NCBI GenBank assembly: GCA_963754875.1
Contig: CAVWHO010000020.1
Span: 64,001 to 128,000 of the forward strand
Source: Nitrospirota bacterium
Lineage (GTDB): Bacteria > Nitrospirota > UBA9217
Direction of reading: 5' to 3'
Length of the DNA stretch: 64,000 nt
The notes under the pieces are model-generated. The model was not told the origin of the DNA. It did no database searches and saw nothing but the letters and a program-made list of their open reading frames with translations. The first letter of the stretch is position 1. Each line of letters begins with the position of its first letter. Both the position numbers and the translations under genes were made by a program. Positions 52,607 to 61,851 of this stretch are shown here, in pieces.

Positions 52607-53950
52607 TCATCTAATACCGTATCTATTCATCTTACGCCAGAGCGTCGTTCTGTTGGTTCCCAGTTCTCTGCATACTTTGCCCAGATTGTGGTCGTTCCTT
52701 TCGATGCTTTTCACGATGACATCTTTTTCCCATTCTTCCAGGGTGCCGGGATTTTCCTCTTTGCTCGCGCCGATAGACATGTCAAACAGTTGGTTTGTAA
52801 ACCCGAGCGACAGATCGGGTACTGTTATCACCAGCCCCGTTGCGATTGCTGCAGCACTGGTTATGATGTTCTGCAGTTCACGCACATTCCCGGGGAAGTC
52901 ATATCGGTAAAGAAATTCCAGGGCTTCCGGCGACAGGTCAATATCAGGTTTGCTGTGCGCGACCCTGACGTTTTTCAAAAAATTTTGAGCCAGGACGGGA
53001 ACATCCTCCGGTCGCTCCCTGAGCGGCGGGATGTGGACTTGGGTGACCTTGATTCGGTAATAGAGGTCTTCCCGGAATGTGCCGTTCTCAACGGCCTGTT
53101 CAAGATTCCGGTTCGTGGCGGCGATTATCCTGACATCCACACCCCTGTGTTGGTTCTCACCCACCCGTCGGATAGTTCGGTCCTGCAGAACGTCAAGTAA
53201 CTTTGCCTGCATGGTATACGGCATAGCACAGATCTCATCGAGGAACAGGGTCCCGCCGTTCGCTTCTTCAAATAAACCTTTTCTGTCAAGAATCGCTCCG
53301 GTAAACGCTCCCTTCACATGACCGAACAGCTCGCTTTCCAGCAGGTGTTCTGGGACGGCGGAACAGTTTATGGCCACATACGATTTCCTGCTTCTGCAAC
53401 TGAGGCTGTGCACCGTTTTGGCGACGAGGTTCTTTCCGGTGCCTGTCTCTCCGGATATAAGGACCGTCAGATCCACTTGAGCAATCTTGCGTATCTTGGC
53501 AATCAGCGCTTTTGTTGCATCACTGTATCCAAGGATGGGAATCTCGCTGTCATTTGTCTCATGCAGGGACGTTATCTCGCGTTCCGTCTCTATATGGGTC
53601 AGGGACTTTCTTACCCGGTGAAGTATCTCTTCGTTCTTAAAAGGCTTTACGATATAATCGAAAGCCCCGAGTTTCATGGCCAGGACGGCGGAATCGACCG
53701 TACCGTACCCCGTCATGATGATCACGTCAGCCTGGTGATGTCTTTCGAGGACATAATACAGAACGTCGAGTCCGGTGCCCGGCGACATTTTCAAGTCCGT
53801 AATAACTAGATCAAATTGACCTGAGGCGAGGTGTTCGGCGGCGCGCTTTCCGTTTTTCGCCTCTTCCACCGAATAACCTTCTTTCCGCAAGAGAATCACG
53901 AGGCTCCGTCTCATGCCGTCCTGATCGTCTATTACTAGTATCTTGGCCAT
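52607..53950 (-). CDS. Sigma54-dependent response regulator (NtrC family)
   Basis: Receiver domain, GETGTGK, GAFTGA, PGNVREL, Fis-type HTH. Confidence 0.95.
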   Translation of the reverse strand: MAKILVIDDQDGMRRSLVILLRKEGYSVEEAKNGKRAAEHLASGQFDLVITDLKMSPGTGLDVLYYVLERHHQADVIIMTGYGTVDSAVLAMKLGAFDYIVKPFKNEEILHRVRKSLTHIETEREITSLHETNDSEIPILGYSDATKALIAKIRKIAQVDLTVLISGETGTGKNLVAKTVHSLSCRSRKSYVAINCSAVPEHLLESELFGHVKGAFTGAILDRKGLFEEANGGTLFLDEICAMPYTMQAKLLDVLQDRTIRRVGENQHRGVDVRIIAATNRNLEQAVENGTFREDLYYRIKVTQVHIPPLRERPEDVPVLAQNFLKNVRVAHSKPDIDLSPEALEFLYRYDFPGNVRELQNIITSAAAIATGLVITVPDLSLGFTNQLFDMSIGASKEENPGTLEEWEKDVIVKSIERNDHNLGKVCRELGTNRTTLWRKMNRYGIR

Positions 53951-53988
53951 TTACTCTCCACTTCTGTCCGGCCGCCCACCATTCGCTC

Positions 53989-55733
53989 TCACGCTCGGTC
54001 GCCCTCACATGCGGCCTCAACCGTCTCGGGGGCGGGGAAATTAAGCTGAACATGGGTTCCCTTCCCCGGGGTGCTGGAAAGAAGAACGTACCCGTTGTGT
54101 TCCTTCACGATTTTGTGCACGATATTGAGCCCCAGGCCCAGTCCCGAGTCTTTTGTCGTGAAAAAAGGTTGAAAGGCCTGCGACACGACTTCCGGAGACA
54201 TACCGGCACCGGTATCGGCTATTGAGATCTCCACTTCGTTCTCGGACCGCTTGAACCGTGTTGAAATGGATACTTCTCCTCCTGCCGAAATAGCCTGCCG
54301 GGCGTTGATCAGCAGGTTGAGCAGGATCTGTCTGAATCGGTTCTCTGTCGAGCATCAGCCGGGGCACATCCGGCGCGAAGGAGTGCTCGATCCGGACCTT
54401 CGTCCAGCCTAACTTGTCGCTCCGGAGCAGCGAGATCGTTTCCTGGATGAGCGGGTGGACATCGGTCGCCTCCATCTTCAAGAGCGACGGGCGGGCGAAG
54501 CTTAAGAAATCCTCGGTCATATTGTTGAGCCGGTCCATTTCTTTTTCGACGATCCCGATCAATTCGAGATCGTCGCGGCCTAACGAGCTGTACCGTTTGA
54601 GCGCACCAAGAGAATTGGAGATGGCGCCGAGAGGGTTCCTGATTTCATGTGCCACCATGGCGGCCATTTTGCCCAACGAAGCAAGCTTTTCCGATTCCTT
54701 TAGGTATTTTTGCGTCGTTTTCAGTCGGTCATAAGCATCGCGGATCTCGAAGTTTTTCTGCTCGATCTCCCGGAGGAAGTTAGCCAGCTTAATCTTTGAT
54801 TCATGAAGGCGGTACACGGTGTGGGTGAATCCGTAAACAAGGCCGATGAGTAGACCTGAAGATATCATTACCTTGATGATATGCCAGTACCACCAGAGGG
54901 GATCCCAGAGTTTTGAAAAGGAGAACAACAGCTCACTTTCAAAGAAAAGGAGAGCTGCCGTCCCGAAGATCAGGTAAATGACGTCATTTGTTTTCAAAAA
55001 ACCTTTTACGAAAACGAAGCCTACAAGGAGATACAACATGCCTGCAATGAAATTGACAGCGTAAATCAAATTGCTAAATTGTCCTCGTACCTGGATCGCA
55101 CTCGCACTGTGCGGAGGCCTTATTGACAAGACGTTGGGAATGATCTCGACCATTCTCGTAGCCAGCAGGGCGAGTAGGATGATCAGGACGATCCCCGAGG
55201 CAACGAGACCGCTTCTGGTCCATGATGATTTTGCAGGTTCGCCCATCTTTTTGTTCAGAAAGGTGGAACCCGCGAGGAATACGAGACCCGAAAAAAGCGC
55301 TGCAGGAATGGAACCAGACAAAAGTGTTGTAATCATAATCGGAAAAAGCGTGAAAGATGTCGAGGATGCCGATCGAAAAGAATGCAAAGACTAGCCAGAG
55401 GATGTTTTTCTTCCCCGAAAGCTGGTATTCCCAGGCCAGGATGAATGCTATGATGCCGGAGATGAGTCCGCAGAATAGTTCAAGTGTCGCATGTTTTGAA
55501 GCATCTACAAAGAACAGATTGTTTGCCGCTGGTATGACGAATGGCTCGACGATAGACAAGGAGGCAACAGTAGCCAAGGTGAAAAAAGTGAGGAAAAGAA
55601 GCTTGTTTCGGTTGATCGGGGAGTGACCGCTTTCTACATCATCCAAGCGAAATACCACATACCTGAGCAATGGCTCCTCGTAATTCACGGAGAGCAATTT
55701 CCTCAAATGACTGATTACGCGGTGTATTATCAT
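53989..55733 (-). CDS. Multi-TM sensor histidine kinase (split by two frameshifts)
   Basis: Hydrophobic N-terminus (ORF 55074-55733), AHEIRNPL H-box, D.G.G...PFFTTK..GLGLGL in ORF 53989-54234. Confidence 0.88.
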
Positions 55734-56015
55734 TCCGAAGGTCCTGAAGAGGAATTTGCAAGGATTGCAACCAGAAAAAGTAAACTGCCATCAAACCGGT
55801 ATGACATGGGCGGGCTGCTCTCAAAAGACAGAGCTGTTCTCGGCAACACTGCTTAACTCTGTCCCCATATGTTTAATGTTACACCATATTGCAAAAAAAT
55901 ACTACTGCTGCGGACATATGAAAGAGACGTACTTGAGACTGGACTGAGGTGCGAGGAGGGAAATAACGGTTTGCATTGAAAACTTGTCTTTTATTTTTTC
56001 TCGTTTTTTTGTTTT

Positions 56016-56186
56016 TCAGACTGGCTTGTTTTTGGATTCATCTTCTCCTGAAATGGCTTTCTTAAATGATTTTATACTTTTCCCTAGACCTTCTCCAATT
56101 TCCGGTAGCTTTCCAGGGCCAAAAATTATTAACACGATAAAGAGAATTACGAGCAAATGCATTGGCCGAAAAAGTCCTTCAAACAT
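56016..56186 (-). CDS. tatA: Twin-arginine translocase subunit TatA
   Basis: [39 protein letters not shown] aaggag. Confidence 0.92.
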   Translation of the reverse strand: MFEGLFRPMHLLVILFIVLIIFGPGKLPEIGEGLGKSIKSFKKAISGEDESKNKPV

Positions 56187-56480
56187 AATTAATTTCTCCT
56201 TTGACATACTACTATTTTTTGACGTTAGAAATACCAATTTGTATATTTGTAAAATATTTGCATAGAAGAACGGTTTCAATTATTAAATGGGTGATATAGG
56301 TAGGCAAGCATAGATTTAGGTCCAGATCTTGCTCGCATGACTGCCGCATAACTTTTATCCTATATCTGAGTTGCCGAGTGCGCGACATCTCCTAGACTGG
56401 CTGCGCAGTTTCTCTAATAAAAATGCGTTATTCATGGCCAATTGATTTCCGAATATTATGAGCAAAAAAAGGCGCAATAC

Positions 56481-56618
56481 TAATGTAGGATCGCCGAATA
56501 TGGTGGTTCCGCGGTTTCGGGTGGCACTCCCACTTTTATAGAACCCGCTTTAGATACCACCCCGGCTACCGTACTAGCAAATGCCAAGTTTGAACAAACT
56601 ACGACTTGTTAAATTCAT
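56481..56618 (-). pseudogene. Degenerate copy of the 5' end (Tat signal region) of tcdh
   Basis: Reads MNLTSRSLFKLGI/ASTVAGVVSKAGSIKVGVPPETAE/TIFGDPT versus tcdh MKVTRRNLFKLGIASAVAGVVAKVGSLKVGLSSNTAEAGIFGDPT; two indels. Confidence 0.8.
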
Positions 56619-56703
56619 TTTAACATCTTTTGTCATTTGTTTGGGGTCACATCCCGATGAAGTTAAATATTAAGCACCTCTTTTCACCTCTTATCAGTTA
56701 CAC

Positions 56704-56839
56704 TGCAAAACGTATGCCCGACCATGCCTGTTTTCAACTAACTGATTCCTTGGAGGTTCTAGATGGAACCGCACAGTCCATCTTTCCAAATTGAAACATT
56801 CAAAGAACGGGGTTTTCCATTGTGAAAAGAGTTTTTTCT
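56704..56839 (-). promoter_or_regulatory. Second copy of the tcdh sigma54 promoter, facing tatA
   Basis: Minus strand reads ttttcacaatggaaaa...tctagaacctccaaggaatcagttagttga...catggtcgGGcatacgttttGC. Confidence 0.8.
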
Positions 56840-57415
56840 TGCACAGACCATCAGTCTAATCCTCGCTACTGCCTACTCATTTACTTTCTGGCTTCTTCTA
56901 AATAATTGGTATTCTTTGATTTAGCTTGCTTTGAGGCACTTCGGTGGATCTTGGAGACGAGTTTCAGTATATGTTCCATGATCTACTAATTTTGCCTGGC
57001 AGGTTTGCTCGCTTCTTATGGTGTTGCTTGCGCAATCATTTATCTCTAAAAAAAATATAGCGCATTGCGTAATGTCCGCCAGTAACATGTGGATATCTGC
57101 CTTGGGGCGGAAACGTGATGACTTTATAGTTAATATAAATTGATATTTATTCCGTCGGAGCAGGCGGCTGCAGAAGGATAGCGATTTACTATGGGACGAG
57201 CGTAAACAATATCATGGCAGCGATGGAATAAACGGCATAGCGGAATGATTTCAGGAAACGGAAACTCGGGCACGGTTTATTATCAAGGGCAATAATCAAT
57301 ATTGGGCTGTCGCTGCGGATATGTAAGTGGACTAGACGGACTGGGAGGAACAAAATAAAGTAGATGCCACGGTATGAGGTTTTAAAACGTATCTATTTGA
57401 AATTAAATGGAAAAT

Positions 57416-57514
57416 TGGCGGGAGAGCATGAGAATCGAACTCACCTCACCGTACTCACGCACGGTGACAGCGGATTTGAAGTCCGGGACGGGCACCAGCT
57501 CCGTAACCTCTCCC
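57416..57514 (-). tRNA. selC: tRNA-Sec (anticodon UCA)
   Basis: CUUCAAA anticodon loop, UGGU D-loop, 9-bp variable arm, GUGAG-UUCGAUU-CUCAU T-arm, GCCA end; near selA/selB. Confidence 0.93.
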
Positions 57515-57678
57515 TTATGAGAAGTGCTTATTTGAAAATTGAAGGTTGGAAATTGGAAAATTGAAAATCTGCAATCTTCGACAATTATACTGTAAACGGT
57601 GTTGCTTCGCAACTGCGTTTTACTTTCAAAACACTTTCCTGTTTTGTCCTCAGCACTCTTAACTTACGTTGTAAAGAT

Positions 57679-59676
57679 CTACGCCTTTTTTTTCGTCAGC
57701 AGGTCCATTGCTTTGTCCAGGTCAACATGGGCGCCGAGAAGCACCACGATATCGTCGGGCTGAAGGGCGAGTTCCGGGCCGGGGTTTGTGATCGCTTCGT
57801 TGTTTCGCGCGATGGCGATGACCGTGGCGCCGGTATTTTTCCGGATGTCGAGGTCGCGGAGGGTCTTGCCCGCGCCCGGGGAATCAGGCCCGATCTGGAT
57901 GTTGTCCACGGTCGCCCCGACGAACAGCGCGGCGATGCGGCCGATGTTCTCCTGGTCCAGCGAGTAGCCCCGCAGCATTTTATAGCCGCCGAAACGCACA
58001 AGCTGGATCTGGCTCGCAATGATGTTGCCCGGGACGTGATACTCGTGCAGCACGCGCGAAAAGATCTCGATCGAGGTCTCGAACTCCTCGGGGATCACCT
58101 GGTTTGCGCCGAGCTTGGTAGAGCTCGTCCACTTCACGTGGCATACCGGGTGCGGATGAGAATGAAGATCGCGGGATTGAGCTCGCGCGCCATGCGGATG
58201 GCGATCCGCGTCGCCGTGTTGTCGGAGATGGCGAAGACAATGACCTTGGCGCAATCCACGCCGGCCCGCAGCGAGCACGTCCCTTCGCGTGATGTCGCCG
58301 TAGATGATGGGCTCGCCTTCTTCGCGCGCCTTGCGGATCGTATCTGCGTTCACCTCAAGCACGACATAGGGGATATGGGTCGCCTTGAGCGTCTTGGAAA
58401 GGTTGCGGCCGTTCAAACCGTATCCCGCAATGATCGTGTGCCCGGTGAGCGAACAGAAGTTTTTCTTTTCGCCGGCTTCTGCGGTCGTTTCGGGAAGACG
58501 CGTGGTGAACCAGGGGCCTGCCTGGATCAGGAACGGTGCGGCAAGCATGCTCAGGATGGACGTATTGATGAACAACTGGAAGACGTCTCCGCCCATCAAA
58601 CCGCTGTCGTGGCCCTGCTGGGCCAGGAGAAAGGAAAATTCGCCGATCTGGGCAAGGCCGAGTCCGGTAAGCAGGGAGGTGCGTATGGGATAGCGAAGCA
58701 TCCAGGCAGTCGCTGCCACGAGGCCGGTCTTCAAAACGATGAGGACCGCGGCAAGGAAAACGAGGATGAGCCAGTGGGTCCTGAAAAATTCGGTGTGCAG
58801 CAGCATGCCGATGGAAATGAAGAAGATGCTCGCGAAATAATCCCGAAAGGGCATGATCTCCGCCACGATATGGTGGCTGTATTCGGACTCGGAGATGATC
58901 AGGCCGGCAAGGAATGCACCGAGCGCGAGGGACAGGCCGAGGCTGTAGGTGACCCAGGCCGTGCCGAGGCAGAGCAGCACCACGAGGAGAAAGAAGATCT
59001 CCCGGTTCCGAAGCCTGATGACGTGGTGGAGCAGGAACGGGACGACCTGGCGTGCAGCGATATACACGCCGATGAGACCGAGGACGGCCTTGCCGAGGGA
59101 GATGAGGACCGAGAGGGGCGTGACCGCGCCTGCCGAACTAGCCTGGCTCAGGACCGGCAGCAGGAGCATCATGGGTACAACTGCAATGTCCTGGAATAGC
59201 AGGATGCCGGTGCCGAGCCGTCCGTGGGCCGTGTCGAGCTCGGTTCGGTCGGCGTACATCTTGAGCACGATGGCCGTGCTGCTTAAGGACGCGAGGAAAC
59301 CGAAGAACAGGGCCTGGGGCAGCGGATAGTGGAAGAGGACCGCGATGCCCATGACAACGGCGATGGTCAGCACGACCTGGATGCCGCCGCCGATCAGGAA
59401 CTGCCGTCCTGACTTGAAGATGTCCTCAAGGGAAAATTCGAGGCCCACGGTGAACAGGAGCAGGACCACGCCGATGTCGGCGAGTCGTTCGACCACCCTG
59501 GTCTCGGTAATGATCGCGGCGCCGTAGGGGCCGATCAGAACACCGGTGATCAAGAACCCCACGAGCGCAGGCAGCTTCGCGCGGTGGAATACATAGGTGA
59601 TCGGAAGGGACACCGCGAGCAGGATGATCAGTTCGCGGAGAATGGTGATTTCCTGTTCCTGCATGGAGCTACTCAT
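57679..59676 (-). CDS. CPA2/Kef-type cation:proton antiporter with TrkA-N and TrkA-C domains (compensating frameshifts about 58140-58270)
   Basis: GVVLLLFTVGLEFS, SSTAIV, LLFQD, GLAQIGEFSF, IAGYGLNG. Confidence 0.9.
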   Translation of the reverse strand: MSSSMQEQEITILRELIILLAVSLPITYVFHRAKLPALVGFLITGVLIGPYGAAIITETRVVERLADIGVVLLLFTVGLEFSLEDIFKSGRQFLIGGGIQVVLTIAVVMGIAVLFHYPLPQALFFGFLASLSSTAIVLKMYADRTELDTAHGRLGTGILLFQDIAVVPMMLLLPVLSQASSAGAVTPLSVLISLGKAVLGLIGVYIAARQVVPFLLHHVIRLRNREIFFLLVVLLCLGTAWVTYSLGLSLALGAFLAGLIISESEYSHHIVAEIMPFRDYFASIFFISIGMLLHTEFFRTHWLILVFLAAVLIVLKTGLVAATAWMLRYPIRTSLLTGLGLAQIGEFSFLLAQQGHDSGLMGGDVFQLFINTSILSMLAAPFLIQAGPWFTTRLPETTAEAGEKKNFCSLTGHTIIAGYGLNGRNLSKTLKATHIPYVVLEVNADTIRKAREEGEPIIYGDITRRDVLAAGRRGLRQGHCLRHLRQHGDADRHPHGARAQSRDLHSHPHPVCHVKWTSSTKLGANQVIPEEFETSIEIFSRVLHEYHVPGNIIASQIQLVRFGGYKMLRGYSLDQENIGRIAALFVGATVDNIQIGPDSPGAGKTLRDLDIRKNTGATVIAIARNNEAITNPGPELALQPDDIVVLLGAHVDLDKAMDLLTKKKA

Positions 59677-60957
59677 AGCACATCCCTCAGGAGAAGCAAA
59701 CAGGCATTAGAAACCTTGCTCAATGCGTTCGAGCGCCATGCCTCGATCTTCTTCCGTTTCATGATCACGATGAAAAACACGATCCCGCAGATCAGCCCGC
59801 CTAGGGCGAAGGTGAGGGGAGCTTTGAGGACATGGGCGACTGAGCCGGCAAACAAGCTTCCGAAGGGCGTCAAACCGCCGAATGCAAGGGTGTAGACGCT
59901 CATTACTCTTCCACGAAGCCGGTCCTCGGTGTTCAACTGGACTGTGGTGTTTGCCATGCCGAAGAAGGTGACCATGGACCAGCCGGACAAAGCGAGCAGG
60001 AGGGCGGTCAGTCCGTAGGATTTCTGTAACCCGATAAGCATCAGGACGAGCGACAGCCCCATCCCGCCGCCCAACAGGAGGAATCGATTTGGGTCCGTGC
60101 TTGCTCAGGACTGCCAGGGAAAAAGCGCCGATCAAGGCGCCGACGCCGAAGGAAGACATGAGGAAGCCGTAGGCCGCGGCATCGCGGTGGAGCTCTTGCC
60201 GGGAGAAGACGGGGACGAGTACGTTAAAATTCGTTCCGAAGATGCTGACCACGGACACGAGAAGAATGACGATCATGACCACGGGCGTGTTCTTGATGTA
60301 GCTAATCGCTTCCCTGATGTCGGAAATGACGTGGTAAGACCTCGGCTCAGCCGGGCGCTCGGCGAACTTCATAAGCAAAAGTCCCCACAGCACGGCCAGG
60401 AAACTGAGCCCGTTGACGAAGAAACAGACTGCGGTCCCGGCTGCGCCGATGAGGAGTCCCGCTATCGCAGGGCCGACGGCCCTCGCTGCATTGAATATGG
60501 AGGAGTTCATCGCAATGGCGTTCATGAGGTCTTCTTTGCCGACCATCTCGATGATGAAGGCCTGACGCGCCGGCATGTCGATGGTATTGACGATGCCGAG
60601 GAGCGTGGCAAGGATCAGGATGTGCCAGTATTGGACTACCCCGCCCCAGACGAGCAGGGAAAGCGTAAACGCCAGGAGCATGAGGACCGTCTGGGTCATG
60701 ATGATGATCTTCCGTTTGGAGAAGTAATCGATGAACGGACCGGTAATGAACGAGAGGAACAGCATGGGCAGGAACTGGAGCGCCGAAACCACGCCCAGCT
60801 TGAAGGACGAATGGGTGAGTTCCAGAACGAGCCACGCCTGTCCCACGTTCTGCATCCAGGTGCCGATGAGGGACACGAGTTGGCCGGAAAAAAAGAGGCG
60901 GAAGTTCCGGTGGCGCAAGGAGCGGAAGAGCGTTTTCATCATTGATGGTTCTTGCAT
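59673..60957 (-). CDS. MFS transporter (frameshift near 60080)
   Basis: RNFRLFF.GQLVSLIGTWMQ, DMPARQAF; C-terminus LRGRVMSVY in ORF 59673-60074. Confidence 0.88.
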
Positions 60958-61177
60958 AGTGTTGTCTCTTTCAAATAAAGTATAGCACCTGAAGGGGAGG
61001 GACAAAAGAAGTGAGCATAACGAAGAAGGTTGAATGAACTACTTCACCTACGAGTGTGCAACGATGACTCCTTAAAAATAATTCGATATTCTGGTTGAAT
61101 CATGCATTGTTGAACGCCATGATTCTGAACTGAAAATCATGAAAAAGCTCTCCGAGCTGGCGCTTTTAGTATCTAGA

Positions 61178-61627
61178 TTATTTTATTATCCACTCGGCAA
61201 GGATATGACCCAGAAGAAATATACTGGCAAGAATGAAAAGAAAAGATACGATTTCAAGAAACCAAAGGATAGGCCCATTATGCGAATGAGGAGAGTTTTT
61301 TGTCGTATCGGAAAGGGTGAGCTTGCCAGATGATATTGGTAAGCCCTTTGTGCTTTTTTTTACCCAAATTGTGCATCCGAAAAAGTATAGCGGTAGAATG
61401 ATGAAAAAAAATTGTGGTAAGTTCAGAAACGTTGAAAATGTGACAGCTAATGGTACGCAAATTAGCAAGAGGCGCTTTATAGTAAGTCGAAACCCGTCTT
61501 TTCTATCATCGGGAAGAATATATCCTTTACTGAATATCCACAAAGGATAAAATATTGTATTCCCTTTTTCATCTGTTTTAAATGAAGCATCCGTGAGTCC
61601 GTCAAAGTATCCCATATTATACCTCAT
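61178..61627 (-). CDS. Hypothetical membrane protein (AT-rich)
   Basis: MGYFDGLTDASFKTD...FYP.W...KGY followed by TM segments. Confidence 0.6.
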   Translation of the reverse strand: MRYNMGYFDGLTDASFKTDEKGNTIFYPLWIFSKGYILPDDRKDGFRLTIKRLLLICVPLAVTFSTFLNLPQFFFIILPLYFFGCTIWVKKSTKGLPISSGKLTLSDTTKNSPHSHNGPILWFLEIVSFLFILASIFLLGHILAEWIIK

Positions 61628-61851
61628 ACGTATCGTTTCAATTATTAACTAGGCTGACCAAACAGGTGCGTGACGTAAGGCCGAGATTGCCTGCTTTTTA
61701 CGAATATATGCCTGATCGAAGAAGATGTCAACGATTTCGAATGGACTCCAAATGGATTTTACGGGTAGCTGTTCACGTATACAGGTTCAAAATTTATGTG
61801 TTCCAGAGAATGGAAACTTCAACAGCTTAAGGATGAAGTCGATAACGTACA

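Larger units (their letters stand above)
41824..57439. mobile_element. Genomic island C (about 15.6 kb): thiocyanate dehydrogenase cluster, no integrase seen
   Basis: Bounded by tRNA-Sec and its 24-bp 3' copy. acggtatg arm motif at 41889/41900 and at 57369. Confidence 0.82.

Noticed and set aside
9095..57439. CRISPR array from the 24-bp repeat
   Set aside because: Copies are 12-20 kb apart and equal the tRNA 3' end; no spacers or cas genes.
57727..60945. Long plus-strand ORFs (57727-59199, 60097-60945) and similar antisense ORFs such as 23633-24844 and 30698-31360
   Set aside because: Shadow frames opposite well-supported GC-rich genes, with no recognisable motifs.
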